Below, one piece after another: positions 50,511 to 64,000 of a DNA stretch of 64,000 bases. Source of the DNA: Octopus sinensis (lineage: Eukaryota); assembly GCF_006345805.1 (NCBI RefSeq), contig NC_043003.1:6634001-6698000 (forward strand). Reading direction: 5' to 3'. The notes beneath the pieces are model-generated. The model was given only the letters and a program-made list of their open reading frames with translations, had not been told where the DNA came from and ran no database searches. The translations under genes and the position numbers were made by a program. The first letter of the stretch is position 1. The number at the start of each line of letters is the position of its first letter.

Positions 50511-50869
50511 GTTCAACTTCTCAGACATACTACATTGTAGTATTCCTTACACTCTGTAAAGTGGTTGGTTATAAAAAGAGCATCCAATTCAGAAACCAAG
50601 CCAAAAGTAAATTGTACAAGTAAGAGATAGTCCTTTAGCTCATGTAGGAGAACATGTAGATCCATGTAGGAGAGCAGTGACTCCAAACAAAAACTGATTC
50701 AAATCATGATGACGTGTCCACCTCACACCAGCAAGGAAAGTGGATGTAAACTTATCATGATGACTTGATATACCTTTTGTTATCCAAGTTTGTGTCTTTT
50801 GACTTCAAGCTTGGCCAGGCTCGAACTTGGAAACCTCAACAACAGCAAAACTCTCCATGACTTACACGT

Positions 50870-50872
50870 ACG

Positions 50873-50908
<36 letters not shown>

Positions 50909-50997
50909 AACACACAATACACACACAAACACACACTTCAACAACACCCTCATACTCACACACACCAACAAACACACACACAAACACACAAACACAC

Positions 50998-51028
<31 letters not shown>

Positions 51029-51419
51029 CAAACACACACACAAACACACAACACAACACACCCACAAACACACTACAAACACACACATACACACCCTACA
51101 CACAACACCCAACACACACAAACCACACACAACAACACACACACACATACACACACACACATACACACACACCACACACAACACTACAACCAATACACAC
51201 AAACACACACTTCACAACAACCCTCATACTCACACACAAACACACATAACAAACACACACAAACACACACAACACCACTCTCAACAACACACACAAACAC
51301 CACACACACACACACACAAACACACACACAACACACACCACACACAACACACACACAAACACACGTACAAACCACACATACGCACACCCATACACACACA
51401 CACACACACATACACACAA

Positions 51420-51450
<31 letters not shown>

Positions 51451-51550
51451 CAACACACACAACAAACATACTCACATACACACACACACATACAAACACA
51501 CACACACACACATCTATACACAAACACAGAGAGACGACCATACACACAAC
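50870..51550. repeat. Degenerate (CA)n array
   Basis: Directly visible. Confidence 0.95.
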
Positions 51551-51719
51551 TTCGCAATCTCAAGGTCACCATCGCCAGATCTACTTTCGATCTAATCTGG
51601 ATATAATTAACGACAAACAGACAGATGACTTGGATACACAGACTGAATGACAGCCAGATTTATTGAAACAATCCCCTCGAGGAGATGTGAGTTTGTACAT
51701 GTAGGTGTACGCATGCGCG

Positions 51720-51753
<34 letters not shown>

Positions 51754-51849
51754 GTATGTGTTTGTGTGTGTGTGTGTGTACATTGTGATTGTTTTGTGTC
51801 AGTGTAGCTGTTTGTTAAGTGTGTTTGTGGCTGGGTATTTGTTTCTGCA

Positions 51850-54372
<2,523 letters not shown>

Positions 54373-54659
54373 TCTGCATCACTTTGCAGTACAGTCCACC
54401 CAGCTGTACATATCCTTTACAGTTCGTCACATTACATGTCTCGGGATCAGCCTAATAATTTAGCCGACTGCTTGCTGGTTATAAGACTGGTACATCTGGA
54501 CTGGCCTAGGGTTGAACAAGAATAACAGCTACATTACTAATTACAACTTAACTATTATTCTCCATTTGGATGGTGTCCCTGAGTAATGTCTTCAAACCAG
54601 TGTATAACCTATTTGGTGATTCTCTCGTCACTACTTCGCTAAATACGATACAGTCTAGG

Positions 54660-54700
54660 GTTAGCTGAAGAGGATTTTAAGACTGAAACATGTACGCATT
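54660..54700 (+). ncRNA. Minimal PLE-type hammerhead motif
   Basis: CTGAAGA-GG(ATTTTAAGA)CT-GAA-ACATGT-A: core intact with a palindromic stem III; stem I weak. Confidence 0.45.
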
Positions 54701-54769
54701 TGTTTCTCGTACTTGTTAGAATAATTTAAATATTATTGATCACTAATATTCGTTTCTTCTCTAGGGAGC

Positions 54770-55116
54770 CTGTCGATTATATCGATCCCAGTACGCAACT
54801 GGTACTTAATTTATCGGCCCCGAAAGGATGAAAACCAAAGTCGACCTCGGCGGAATTTGAACTCAGAACGTAGCGACAGACGAAATACCTATTTCTTTAC
54901 TACCTACAAGGGGCTAAACACAGAGAGGACAAACAAGGACAGATAAACGGATTAAGTCGATTATATCGACCCCAGTAACTGGTACTTATTTAATCGACCC
55001 CGAAAGGATGAAAGGCAAAGTCAACCTCGGCGGAATTTGAACTCAGAACGTAACGGCAGACGAAATACGGCTACGCATTTCGCCCGGTGTGCTAACGATT
55101 CTGCCAGCTCGCCACT
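54770..55116 (-). mobile_element. SINE family B, head plus two units
   Basis: Match to the other B copies. Confidence 0.88.
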
Positions 55117-55188
55117 TTATTTATCACTAATATTGTCTTTTCTCACTGCCTTATCCGTCCAGAGCTTACAAATTTGAATATAGTTACC

Positions 55189-55739
55189 ATAGGCATAGGT
55201 GCAGCGGTGACTGTGTGGTAAGAAGCTTGCTCACCAACCACATGGTTCTGGGTTCAGTCTCACTGCATGGCAACTTGGGCAAGTGTCTTCTACTATAGCC
55301 TTGGGCCGACAAAAGCCTTGTGAGTGAATTTGGTAAACGGAAACTGAAAGAAGCCCGTCGTATATATGTGTATATATATGTATGCGTGTGTATATGTTTG
55401 TTTGTCTGTGTTTGTCTCCCCAACATCGCTTGACAATCGATACTGGTGTGTTTACGTCCCTGTAACTTAGCGGTTCGGCTAAAGAGACCGATAAAATAAG
55501 TACTAGGCTTACAAAGGCCTGGGGTCGATATGTGTGTGTGTGTGTGTGTAAGTATGTATGTCTTTTGTCTCTGTCCCCCCACCACGCTTGACAACCGATG
55601 TTGATGTGTTTACGTCCTCGTAGAAAAAGTACTAAGCTTACAAAGAATAAGTCCTGGGGTCGATTTCTTCAACCAAAAAACACTTTAAGGCGGTGCTCCA
55701 GCATGGCCACAGTCAAACGATTGGAACAGGTAAAAGAGT
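55189..55739 (+). mobile_element. SINE family A with internal duplication of the 3' half
   Basis: The segment CGCTTGACAA..GGGGTCGAT occurs twice. Confidence 0.85.
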
Positions 55740-56228
55740 ACATCATATAACAGGGGTTCTAAAATCAAGGACACGTACACCACAGGTACGTAAGAAAAAA
55801 TGTAGAGGTACTCGTGGTTTGAGGTAACCGCAGCCAACTAAACCCAACTTTTGTGTCTAAGAAATATGTGAAAAGTCTTTTTTTTTTTCCGTTCGCTTCC
55901 GCTGACAATTGGGAAAGAAGACCTTTCAACAATGTTTATAACTGAACAGACATTTCAAACAAGTCTGCCGACTGAGAAGAACACAGTGTGGATGTGGTCC
56001 TCTGAAACTGTATTCTAGCAATGAGGGACTGAGTGGAGACGAATTAGTGTACTGCATTAAAAATGGTAACACGAAACTTAAAGAAATTGATTGCTTCTAC
56101 ATGGACAAGGCCAGGAATTTGAGAGGAAGAAACGGCCGATTATATTGAGGTAAGTGAGTCTTTGGTATTTGATCGATCCAAGAAACATAAATGACAGCAG
56201 AAAATGAATAATACTCGTTTATTGTCTA

Positions 56229-56604
56229 CTAGCAGTATCGCCCGGCGTTGCTCGGGTTTGTAAGGGAAATAACTATATAAGCATTTTTAGAGAGTTATAG
56301 CCAAAAAATAGCAAAAAAATGATGGTAATTTTTTTTAAATCGTTGACTCATCGTAGACATTTTTAGAGAGTTACTTCCCTGATATAATATAATAAAGAGG
56401 TGCATTAAAATGGAAAAAAATTATGGTAAATTATTTTTTAAATCGTAGACTCATCGTAGACGCGCGCTAATACCCAGAAGGGCTCGATATGAATCACGAC
56501 TATAAGATACCCGGTTTTGGTTAAACTGCACCGCAAAATGTGGGAGTAGTTAGGAATCTAAATCGTAGGAGACAGACACACAACTTCACTTTTATATATA
56601 AAGA
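56229..56604 (-). mobile_element. Non-autonomous Helitron, 376 bp
   Basis: Minus strand A|TCTTTATATATAAAA...CCCGAGCAACGCCGGG(hairpin)CGATACTGCTAG|T; no TSD. Confidence 0.85.
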
Positions 56605-56757
56605 TTTTCTTTTTGGGGGTGGGGGGTTATATTCAACTATTTTGCTCCATATGGGGGTACGCCAATACATTCTGGACGCGGTAAAGCGGGGTATGTTGGA
56701 TTAAAAAGTTTGGCTACGCCAACCATACAATATCTACAACGTTTCGAACACTGTACA

Positions 56758-57170
56758 TATTTCTTTACTACCCACAAGGGGCTAAACACAGAGGGGACAA
56801 ACAAGAACAGACAAACGGATTTAATCGATTATCTATTATATCGACCCCAGTACGTAACTGGTACTTAATTTATCGATCCCGAAAGGATGAAAGGCAAAGT
56901 TGACCTCGGCGGAATTTGAACTCAGAACGTAACGGCAGACGAATTACCGGTAAGCACTGGGTGTGTAAAATTCCGTTCTCCACCACCAAAATATTCTTTT
57001 CTACTCTGGGCACAAGGCCCGAAATTTGGCGGGAGGGAGTGCCTATCGATTAGATCGACCTCAGTACACAACTGGTACTTATTTTATCGACCCCCCCCCC
57101 CAAAGGATGAAAGGCAAAGTCGACCGCTAAACATTTCGCCCGGCGTGCTAACGTTTCTGCCAGATCACCG
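56758..57170 (-). mobile_element. SINE family B headless unit and a B2-tail variant
   Basis: The B unit spans 56758-56950; the B2 variant spans ~56992-57170. Confidence 0.78.
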
Positions 57171-57325
57171 CTTTCCACCATCAAATATTTTCTATCGTCT
57201 GGTTTCTTGCAGCCATTTGCCTCAATACTTCCCTCTCCCTCTCTCTCTCTCTCGCCTTCTCTTTCTCCCTTTCTTTCTCTCTCTTACATACACACATTCC
57301 TCTCACTTCCTCCCCTTTCTATCTA

Positions 57326-57380
<55 letters not shown>

Positions 57381-57615
57381 CTGTCCCTTCTTTTACGCTG
57401 TTCCTCTTTTACCATTATTCTTTCCCCCACCCCCTCCGTCTCTACTCCAGTTTTTCCTCCTCCTTTTACTCTATTCTTGCTCTTTATTCTTATTTCTCTT
57501 CCTCTACTCCACCTCCGCTCTTTCTTTCTGCACCCTTCTTCCCCTTTCCCACTCTCCCGCTCTCTCACCTATCCCTTCAGCAACTTCTTTTCTTCCTGAA
57601 ATTCAAATCGCCATT

Positions 57616-57673
<58 letters not shown>

Positions 57674-57927
57674 AAGAAACAGGTTCGGCTTTTTTCGCCG
57701 TGATTGACAGCTGCCCTACAAAAGTACTTATATATATATATAAAGGAACAGAACTTAATGAAGTCAGCTCTATGAATAAACGACAGCCATCAACAGAAAC
57801 GAGGTTTCTTATCATACAAAAAAAAAGCACGCTGCTGTGGCGGCCTTTTTCCACAAAAATCACTGACGACTACACAGAAATATATGTCAAAGCATGGAAA
57901 TTCTGCTTTGTCACGCACCTTCTCTCT

Positions 57928-57989
<62 letters not shown>

Positions 57990-58008
57990 CTCTCTCTCTC
58001 TCTCTCTT

Positions 58009-58068
<60 letters not shown>

Positions 58069-58115
58069 ATCTCTCTCTGTCCGCGTGTGCGTGCGCGAAT
58101 GTGCGAGTATATGTA

Positions 58116-58512
58116 TACTCTTGTACTTGTTTCAGTCATTTGACTGCGGCCTTTAGTCGAGCAAATCGACCCCGGGACTTATTCTTTGTAAACCCAGTAC
58201 TTATTCTATCGGTCTCTTTTGCCGAACCGCTAAGTTACGGGGACCTAAACACACCAGCATCGGTTGTCAAGCAATGCTAGGGGAACAAACACAGATACAA
58301 ACACACATAAACACATGTGTATATATATATATATATATATACACATATATGACAGGCTTCTTTCTGTTTCCGTCTACCAAATCCACTCACAAGGCTTTGG
58401 ACGACCCGAGGCTATAGTAGAAGACACATTCCCAAGGTGCCATGCAGTGGGACTGAACCCGGAACCATGTGGTTGGAAAGCAAACTGCTTACCACACAGC
58501 CACGCCTGCGCC

Positions 58513-58513
<1 letters not shown>
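58116..58513 (-). mobile_element. SINE family A
   Basis: Full length, followed by (GATA)n. Confidence 0.88.
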
Positions 58514-58555
<42 letters not shown>

Positions 58556-59592
58556 ATAAAAAATATAAGGCGCAGGAGTAGGTGTGTGGTAAGAAGCTTG
58601 TTTCTTACCACACATCAGATTTTATGTTATACCAGATTTTTTGAAAATGGCCGGGTGCAGGTACCTGGTGATTCTTGAGAGACGCCCCACCCCAGGTGTC
58701 ATCGAAGCCTAGAGCCTGCCCCCAGGACCAGAGTAGGGTCCTGGAGAAGTTAGTTGTAGAAGGGCTCCCTCCCCCTCCTCCTGCGGAAGGAGAGATGGAG
58801 GTAGGGGAGGAGGGAGAGACCTCCCCTGGAAAAAAAGGGGAGAAAAAGGAAGAAGGGAAGCAACAATGGTTGCTCTCCGAGGGATCCTAAGTTTGCGGGA
58901 GGAAGCGAGGTTCCTCCGGTCATGGCGAAGGAGCCAATCCCTCCTGCATCAAAAACAAAAAAGAGAAAAAAATGGGACAGTGGTGCCGGCGGTTTGCAAT
59001 GTACTGCCGGCATGTCCCGAGGCCTCTTCGGTGGGAATTGCCCCACCGACTGAGGAAGCTGTGGACCCACCTCCCAGAGAAAATAGGGAAGAATATGTGG
59101 TTTTCTATCTCAAAGGAGGGGCTGTAGACAACTTTGTAGAAAGTTTTCTTGAAGGTCGGGTACTGATGGACCCGACCTGTACTGATAGTCCAGATGGGCC
59201 TCTGCAGGTGGCTGCGCTGGGAATGGAAGAAAGGAATTTGTTTCCAAATAATGGATTCCTTTTCGAAGGAGTATTATAATGATCTCTTCTGGGTCCCCGA
59301 CTTTCTGCTGCGGGATTGCCTGCAGGGGGCAAGAGATTTGATCGGGGATCATTGATAAGAGGCTTAGCGTCTCGATTTATGTAAGAGGTTCATTACGTCA
59401 TTTATGTGTGGGGGTTTTTTTTTGGTTTTTTAAATTAAAAGAAAAAAGAAAAAACGAACATTGTTCTCGGGGAGGCGGGTTCGATCGGCGGCCGTCGTTT
59501 TGCTCCTCTCATTAACATCATAATTTCGTTTATCATTTCATCTCATTAATGTAAATGTCCAACCCGCAGCTTCCCTTCCATGTAATTCCCTT

Positions 59593-59760
59593 GTGGCAAA
59601 TTATATGAATAAAAGAAGCTTGCTTCTCAAACACATGGTTCTGAGTTCAATCTCACAGCGTGGCACCTTGGGAAACTGTCTTTTACCATAGCCTTGAGCC
59701 GACGAAAGCATTGTGAGTGGATTTGGTAGACGGAAACCGAAAGAAGCACCTCGTGTATTA
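59593..59760 (+). mobile_element. Diverged SINE family A, 5' half
   Basis: GTGGCACCTTGGG...GTGAGTGGATTTGGTAGACGGAAAC. Confidence 0.75.
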
Positions 59761-59768
59761 TATATATA

Positions 59769-59801
<33 letters not shown>

Positions 59802-59884
59802 ATTGAGATTCAGTTGAATTCGGGACTTAAGTTGAAGCACCAAGTCAGTCCTGTATTATCCGCACAGCTCGAAGTAAGGGGAAT

Positions 59885-60590
59885 AAAATTAAAATAAGCG
59901 ACAGCCGCGTTTTAAGCAATTCCATTTAATTGAACAATGCAATCATTGCAACAAGTTAAATGCAGTGCTATCTTCAGCTGCACAAAATATAGAATTTTTT
60001 AACGAGTAGGACACATTAATAAAAATTTTTTTTTTAATATTTTAACAGAGTAATAAGATGGAAGAAATTCATGTTGTCGCTATTGTAGTTGAGGGGCTAT
60101 GAACAGACTACAATTTCTTAGAATCGCAAGGAGCATAGTGGATCATAGGTTTGTAAGGGCTATAATTCATTTCTGATTTATTTATCACTTTATCATCTAT
60201 TAAATCTGTGACTAGAAGACTGTCTATTTTGAATAAAGAACAAGCGTGAGTTGACAGTGCATGGCTAGGTATGGTCATAAATATTATCATAGTTATCCCT
60301 TTCCACAAGAGAAAGGAAATAAGACATTAGAAAGAGTCAATTTGATAGAAGTAACTATCTATAAAAAAAAAACGTTGGTAGGGGTAGACTTTAAATCATG
60401 GTGTTAATTACCTGTTAAAGGGGCAAGACACTAAGAAACATAAGATGCTAATACGGGGAAAATTGATTAGGAGCACAATGAGGGGACGTTTATAAACAAT
60501 ATTGTTATGTTGTATAAAATAAAATTTAAGAATTCTAAAATGATATCAAACCCAATGTAGCTAAAAGGTGTGTATGTACCAATTATAAAC
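59885..60590 (-). mobile_element. PLE-UTR/pLTR-like non-coding repeat, copy 1, with hammerhead remnant
   Basis: Diverged direct-repeat partner of 61970-62680; CTGAAGA at 59977-59971 but G12 lost (AAAAC). Confidence 0.6.
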
Positions 60591-60829
60591 ATTAAAAGGG
60601 AAGATTATGTAGAATCAGTTTAACGGCCATTCTTGTACTTGATTAATTAATCATTAGGTGGTTTCTATAAAGACTGCTCAAGGCACTTACATGTGGAATA
60701 TCTGGAAAGATATACTTACTATCTATTGATTTTGAGCCTAGAATCAGAAGCGGGGATATTGAGATGATGATAATACATAGACATATTTACAAAATCTAAA
60801 GTATAAAAAATAAATACTCGAAAGTATGA

Positions 60830-60960
60830 TTCCGGGTTCAGTCCCACTGCGTGGCACCTTGGGCAAGTGTCTTTTACTATAGTCTCGGGCCAACCAAAGC
60901 CTTGTGAGTGGATTTGGTAGACAGAAACTGAAAGAAGCCTGTTGTATATATATATATATA
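60830..60960 (+). mobile_element. SINE family A fragment ending at an assembly gap
   Basis: Match to the A 5' half. Confidence 0.82.
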
Positions 60961-60964
60961 TAAA

Positions 60965-61064
60965 NNNNNNNNNNNNNNNNNNNNNNNNNNNNNNNNNNNN
61001 NNNNNNNNNNNNNNNNNNNNNNNNNNNNNNNNNNNNNNNNNNNNNNNNNNNNNNNNNNNNNNNN
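60965..61064. other. Assembly gap (100 N)
   Basis: Exactly 100 N. Confidence 0.99.
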
Positions 61065-61322
61065 ATAATATACACATAACAATATTATGTAAACATCAAA
61101 CTTAATAGATAAGTCCCGGACGAATAATATTCCTGCAATGTATGTAAACAATTAAACCCAGCTGAGGGTAGAAATCCGCTCTTGGGTTATTCAGACATCT
61201 ACATTATATTAAATATACGGTCCATAATATTTACGGAGGGTATATTCTGAGATAGGTGGATAAAATATAAGTAACAGTAGAGGTACTGTACCTCTACTGT
61301 TACACATTTATTTGTGTGTGTG

Positions 61323-61368
<46 letters not shown>

Positions 61369-61435
61369 TGTGTGCGTGTGTCTGTGTGCGTGTGTGTGTG
61401 TGTGTGTGTGTACATTGGAAAAGAGCCAATTTCTT

Positions 61436-61582
61436 CTCCTGATGAAGGAAGTCGGTCTTACAGTAATGTCTCTATGCGACCATTTACTGGTTGCATATCC
61501 AAAACTTTTTACGCATTCCATCTGCTAATTATGAACATTACAATTATTACATAATTCTGAGTGCCCAGAAACAGCTGTCGAG
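61436..61582 (+). ncRNA. Hammerhead motif with ~120-nt stem II insertion
   Basis: ctc-CTGATGA-AGG...CCA-GAA-ACAGCTGT-C^-gag: core intact, palindromic stem III, GUC triplet, 3-bp stem I. Confidence 0.5.
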
Positions 61583-61969
61583 TTAAAAAAATATGCATTA
61601 ACTCCTTAGAATTGTGAGGTTTGTTAATGCTTCATGTAAGCGTAAATTATTTTCTCTATATATATATATTTATAAATAGCTATCTGTCTGTATATATGTG
61701 TTTATCATTGAATATATGATTTATTTGTATAAATACATATCACTATGCGTGTGTGTATGCGTGCATGCGTGCGTACGTGTGTATGTGTGCGATGTGTGTG
61801 TGTGTGTGTCCGTCCTTATGTGTATATGTATATATGTATATTTATATATATCAAGCTTAATCGTGTTTATCAGCACCATTGTCTCTCTTTCTTTTTTATC
61901 TCTCCTTACCTCTCTCTCTCTCTCTGTCCATACATATATATATATAATATATATATATATTATATATAT

Positions 61970-62680
61970 AATCAAAATAAGCAACAATGCAGTACGACCG
62001 TTTCAAGCGACTCCATTTAATTGAACAATACAATTATTACATCAATTTAAATGCAACGCCATCTTCATCTGCACAAATAAATAAATGGAATTTTAACAAG
62101 TAGGACACATTAATATAATTTTGGTTAAATATTTTAACAGGGCAAGAAGATGGAAGAAATTCATATTGTCGTTATTGTATCTAAGAATAGACTACAACTT
62201 CTAAGAACCACATGGAGCAGAGTGGATTCATATGGCTGTAAGGGCTGTAATTCATTTCTAATTCATTTATCTCTTATCAACTACTAAAACTAAGATTAGA
62301 AGACTGTGTCTACTTTGAATAAACGACAAGCGTGAGTTGACAGCTCATGGCTAGGTATGGACATACATATTATCATATGTATCCCATTTCCCTAGGGTGG
62401 AAATAAGGTATTAGGGGTAGTCAGTTGGATATCAGTAACTGTCCATAAAAAGAGGCAAGGTAGGAGTAGACTTTAAATCATGATGTTAATTACCAGATAA
62501 TGGTAATTAACATCAAGACGCTAAGAAACCTAAGATGTTAATACAGAGGAAATTATATTTAGGGGCACTATGGTGGGGGGGGTATGTTTATAAACAATAT
62601 TGTTATGTTGTATAAAAATAAAATTGAAGAATTTCAAAAATGATATCATAACCCAAAAAAGGTGAAAGGTGTGTATATAT
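61970..62680 (-). mobile_element. PLE-UTR/pLTR-like non-coding repeat, copy 2
   Basis: Colinear with 59885-60590. Confidence 0.6.
61987..62074 (-). ncRNA. Type I hammerhead with a single core change (C3 to A)
   Basis: gtgcag-ATGAAGA-T-GGCG..CATTTAA...TTAAATG..CGCT-T-GAA-AC(GGTC)GT-A^-ctgcat; 6-bp stem I. Confidence 0.55.
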
Positions 62681-63004
62681 TCACCTTAGCTCGAGCTGTG
62701 CGGATAATACCGGACTGACTTGGTATACATACATATATATGTGTATGTATGTTTGATGTATGTATGGTATGTAATATGTATGTATGTTATGATGTATTTA
62801 TGTAGTATGTATACATATATATAATATATATATGTATGTATACATATATATATATAATGTATGATGTATACATATATATATATATATGTATGTATGTATG
62901 TATAACATATATATATATTATGTATGTATGTGTGTGTGTGTGTGCGTGTGTGTGTGTGTGTGTGTGTGGTGTGTGGTGTTTTGTGTGTGTGTGTGTGCGT
63001 GTAT

Positions 63005-63375
63005 TAGAAGACTCGACTTAAGGACTGTGGTCAAGTCCCACTCGTTAAAGGCCTTTGAATATGCCAGGCACTGACTGGGAGAACAATGCCTGTCATCGCC
63101 ACAGATAGAGGAGTCAGGTTAAGAGAGGGATCGACACTTTTGAGAGAGCACCTATCCAGCATGAAGAACTTAAGCGAGCTGCGCGAAAGCGCACGGCTCG
63201 TATAGTGAATGGGGAAAGCTTGGTCTGCAATGTTTGCAGTCGTGTATGCTTGTCAAGAGCAGGGCTCATTAGCCACCAACGGAGCCGCAAATGCAAAATA
63301 TTAGTCCTAAAGCGTACAATGTTCCTGAAGGTCGGCAATGTCTTCCAGGGTCACGAGTGGATAGCCATCATCATT
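63005..63375 (+). mobile_element. RTE-clade LINE 3' end
   Basis: EGIDTFER..IQHEELKRAARKRTARIVNGESLVCNVCSRVCLSRAGLISHQR, then a short tail ending GCCATCATC. Confidence 0.75.
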
Positions 63376-63675
63376 TATACATATATATATAAACAATTCA
63401 AATAAACGAATAAAAAAACGTAAAAAAATGAACGTGAGACGGTGCACAAGGAATATATTAGCTTGACGCTCGGTGAAAGGAAAAAGTTTGAGGTTTCGAG
63501 CCTAGCTCTTCGCCGGAAAGGAGAAAGGGAAAAGTCCGAAGAGGGGAGAAGAAATCGCCAACGGTACACGGGCAGTTACATTGCTATATACTCGTGTGTT
63601 TGTTGTGACCTGGGGTTAAATAGATAAATTTAACCACATAAATACCAGCTTCGGAGTCATGAATGGAAGGTATCT

Positions 63676-63900
63676 GGTGGTGGTGGTGGTGGTGTGGTGG
63701 TGGTGACGGTGGTGACGGTGGTGGTGGTGGTGGTGGTGTTGGTGGTGGTGGTGGTGGTTGTGGTGGTGGTGACGGTGTTGGCGTTGGTGGAGGTTGTGGC
63801 GGTGGTGACGGTGGTTGTAGTGGTGGTGACGGTGGTTGTGGTGGTGGTGGTGATGGCAACAGCTGTGAGGGCGGGGGTTGGCATCAGTGGTGGTGCTTGG
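63676..63900. repeat. Degenerate (GGT)n array
   Basis: Directly visible. Confidence 0.9.
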
Positions 63901-64000
63901 TCGTTTCCCTCACACAAGTAGTATTTCCGTTTGGAAATTAAAAAATTCACAAAGAAAAGAGTTGTTTGGCGATGTGACTGAGAGAGCAGTTATGGTAATT

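Noticed and set aside
56019-56149. Possible exon (TTCTAG acceptor, GAG/GTAAGT donor)
   Set aside because: The polypyrimidine tract is weak, the longest frame ends in TGA just before the donor, and no protein motif is recognisable; it is unsupported without RNA-seq.

Overview
Eukaryotic, repeat-saturated intergenic or intronic DNA, most likely from an octopus or other coleoid cephalopod. I infer this from three abundant tRNA-headed SINE families of the kind I recognise from Octopus genomes, very long (TATG)n/(CA)n/(TA)n arrays and TTAGGG units; no database search was run. I found no host protein-coding exon, rRNA, genuine tRNA or CRISPR array that I can support, and nearly all ORFs in the supplied track are translations of microsatellites. 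The window contains a decayed Gypsy LTR retrotransposon with both LTRs and nested insertions (40.8-48.0 kb), a solo LTR, and Penelope-like element (PLE) pieces. It also contains RLE-type (R4/Dong-like), CR1 and RTE LINE fragments, a mariner, a DD37D/maT element, three MITE types and non-autonomous Helitrons, plus two 100-N gaps. The most interesting signals are: (1) at least eight hammerhead-ribozyme-like motifs of several designs, one with a fully canonical core and all three stems (minus strand, 4136-4224); (2) an RLE LINE whose 3' ends are consistently tied to (TACA)n arrays; (3) a SINE that occurs as head-to-tail multimers inside a single target-site duplication (TSD). Most coordinates are by-eye estimates (about +/-10 bp) unless a TSD or terminal inverted repeat (TIR) fixes them.
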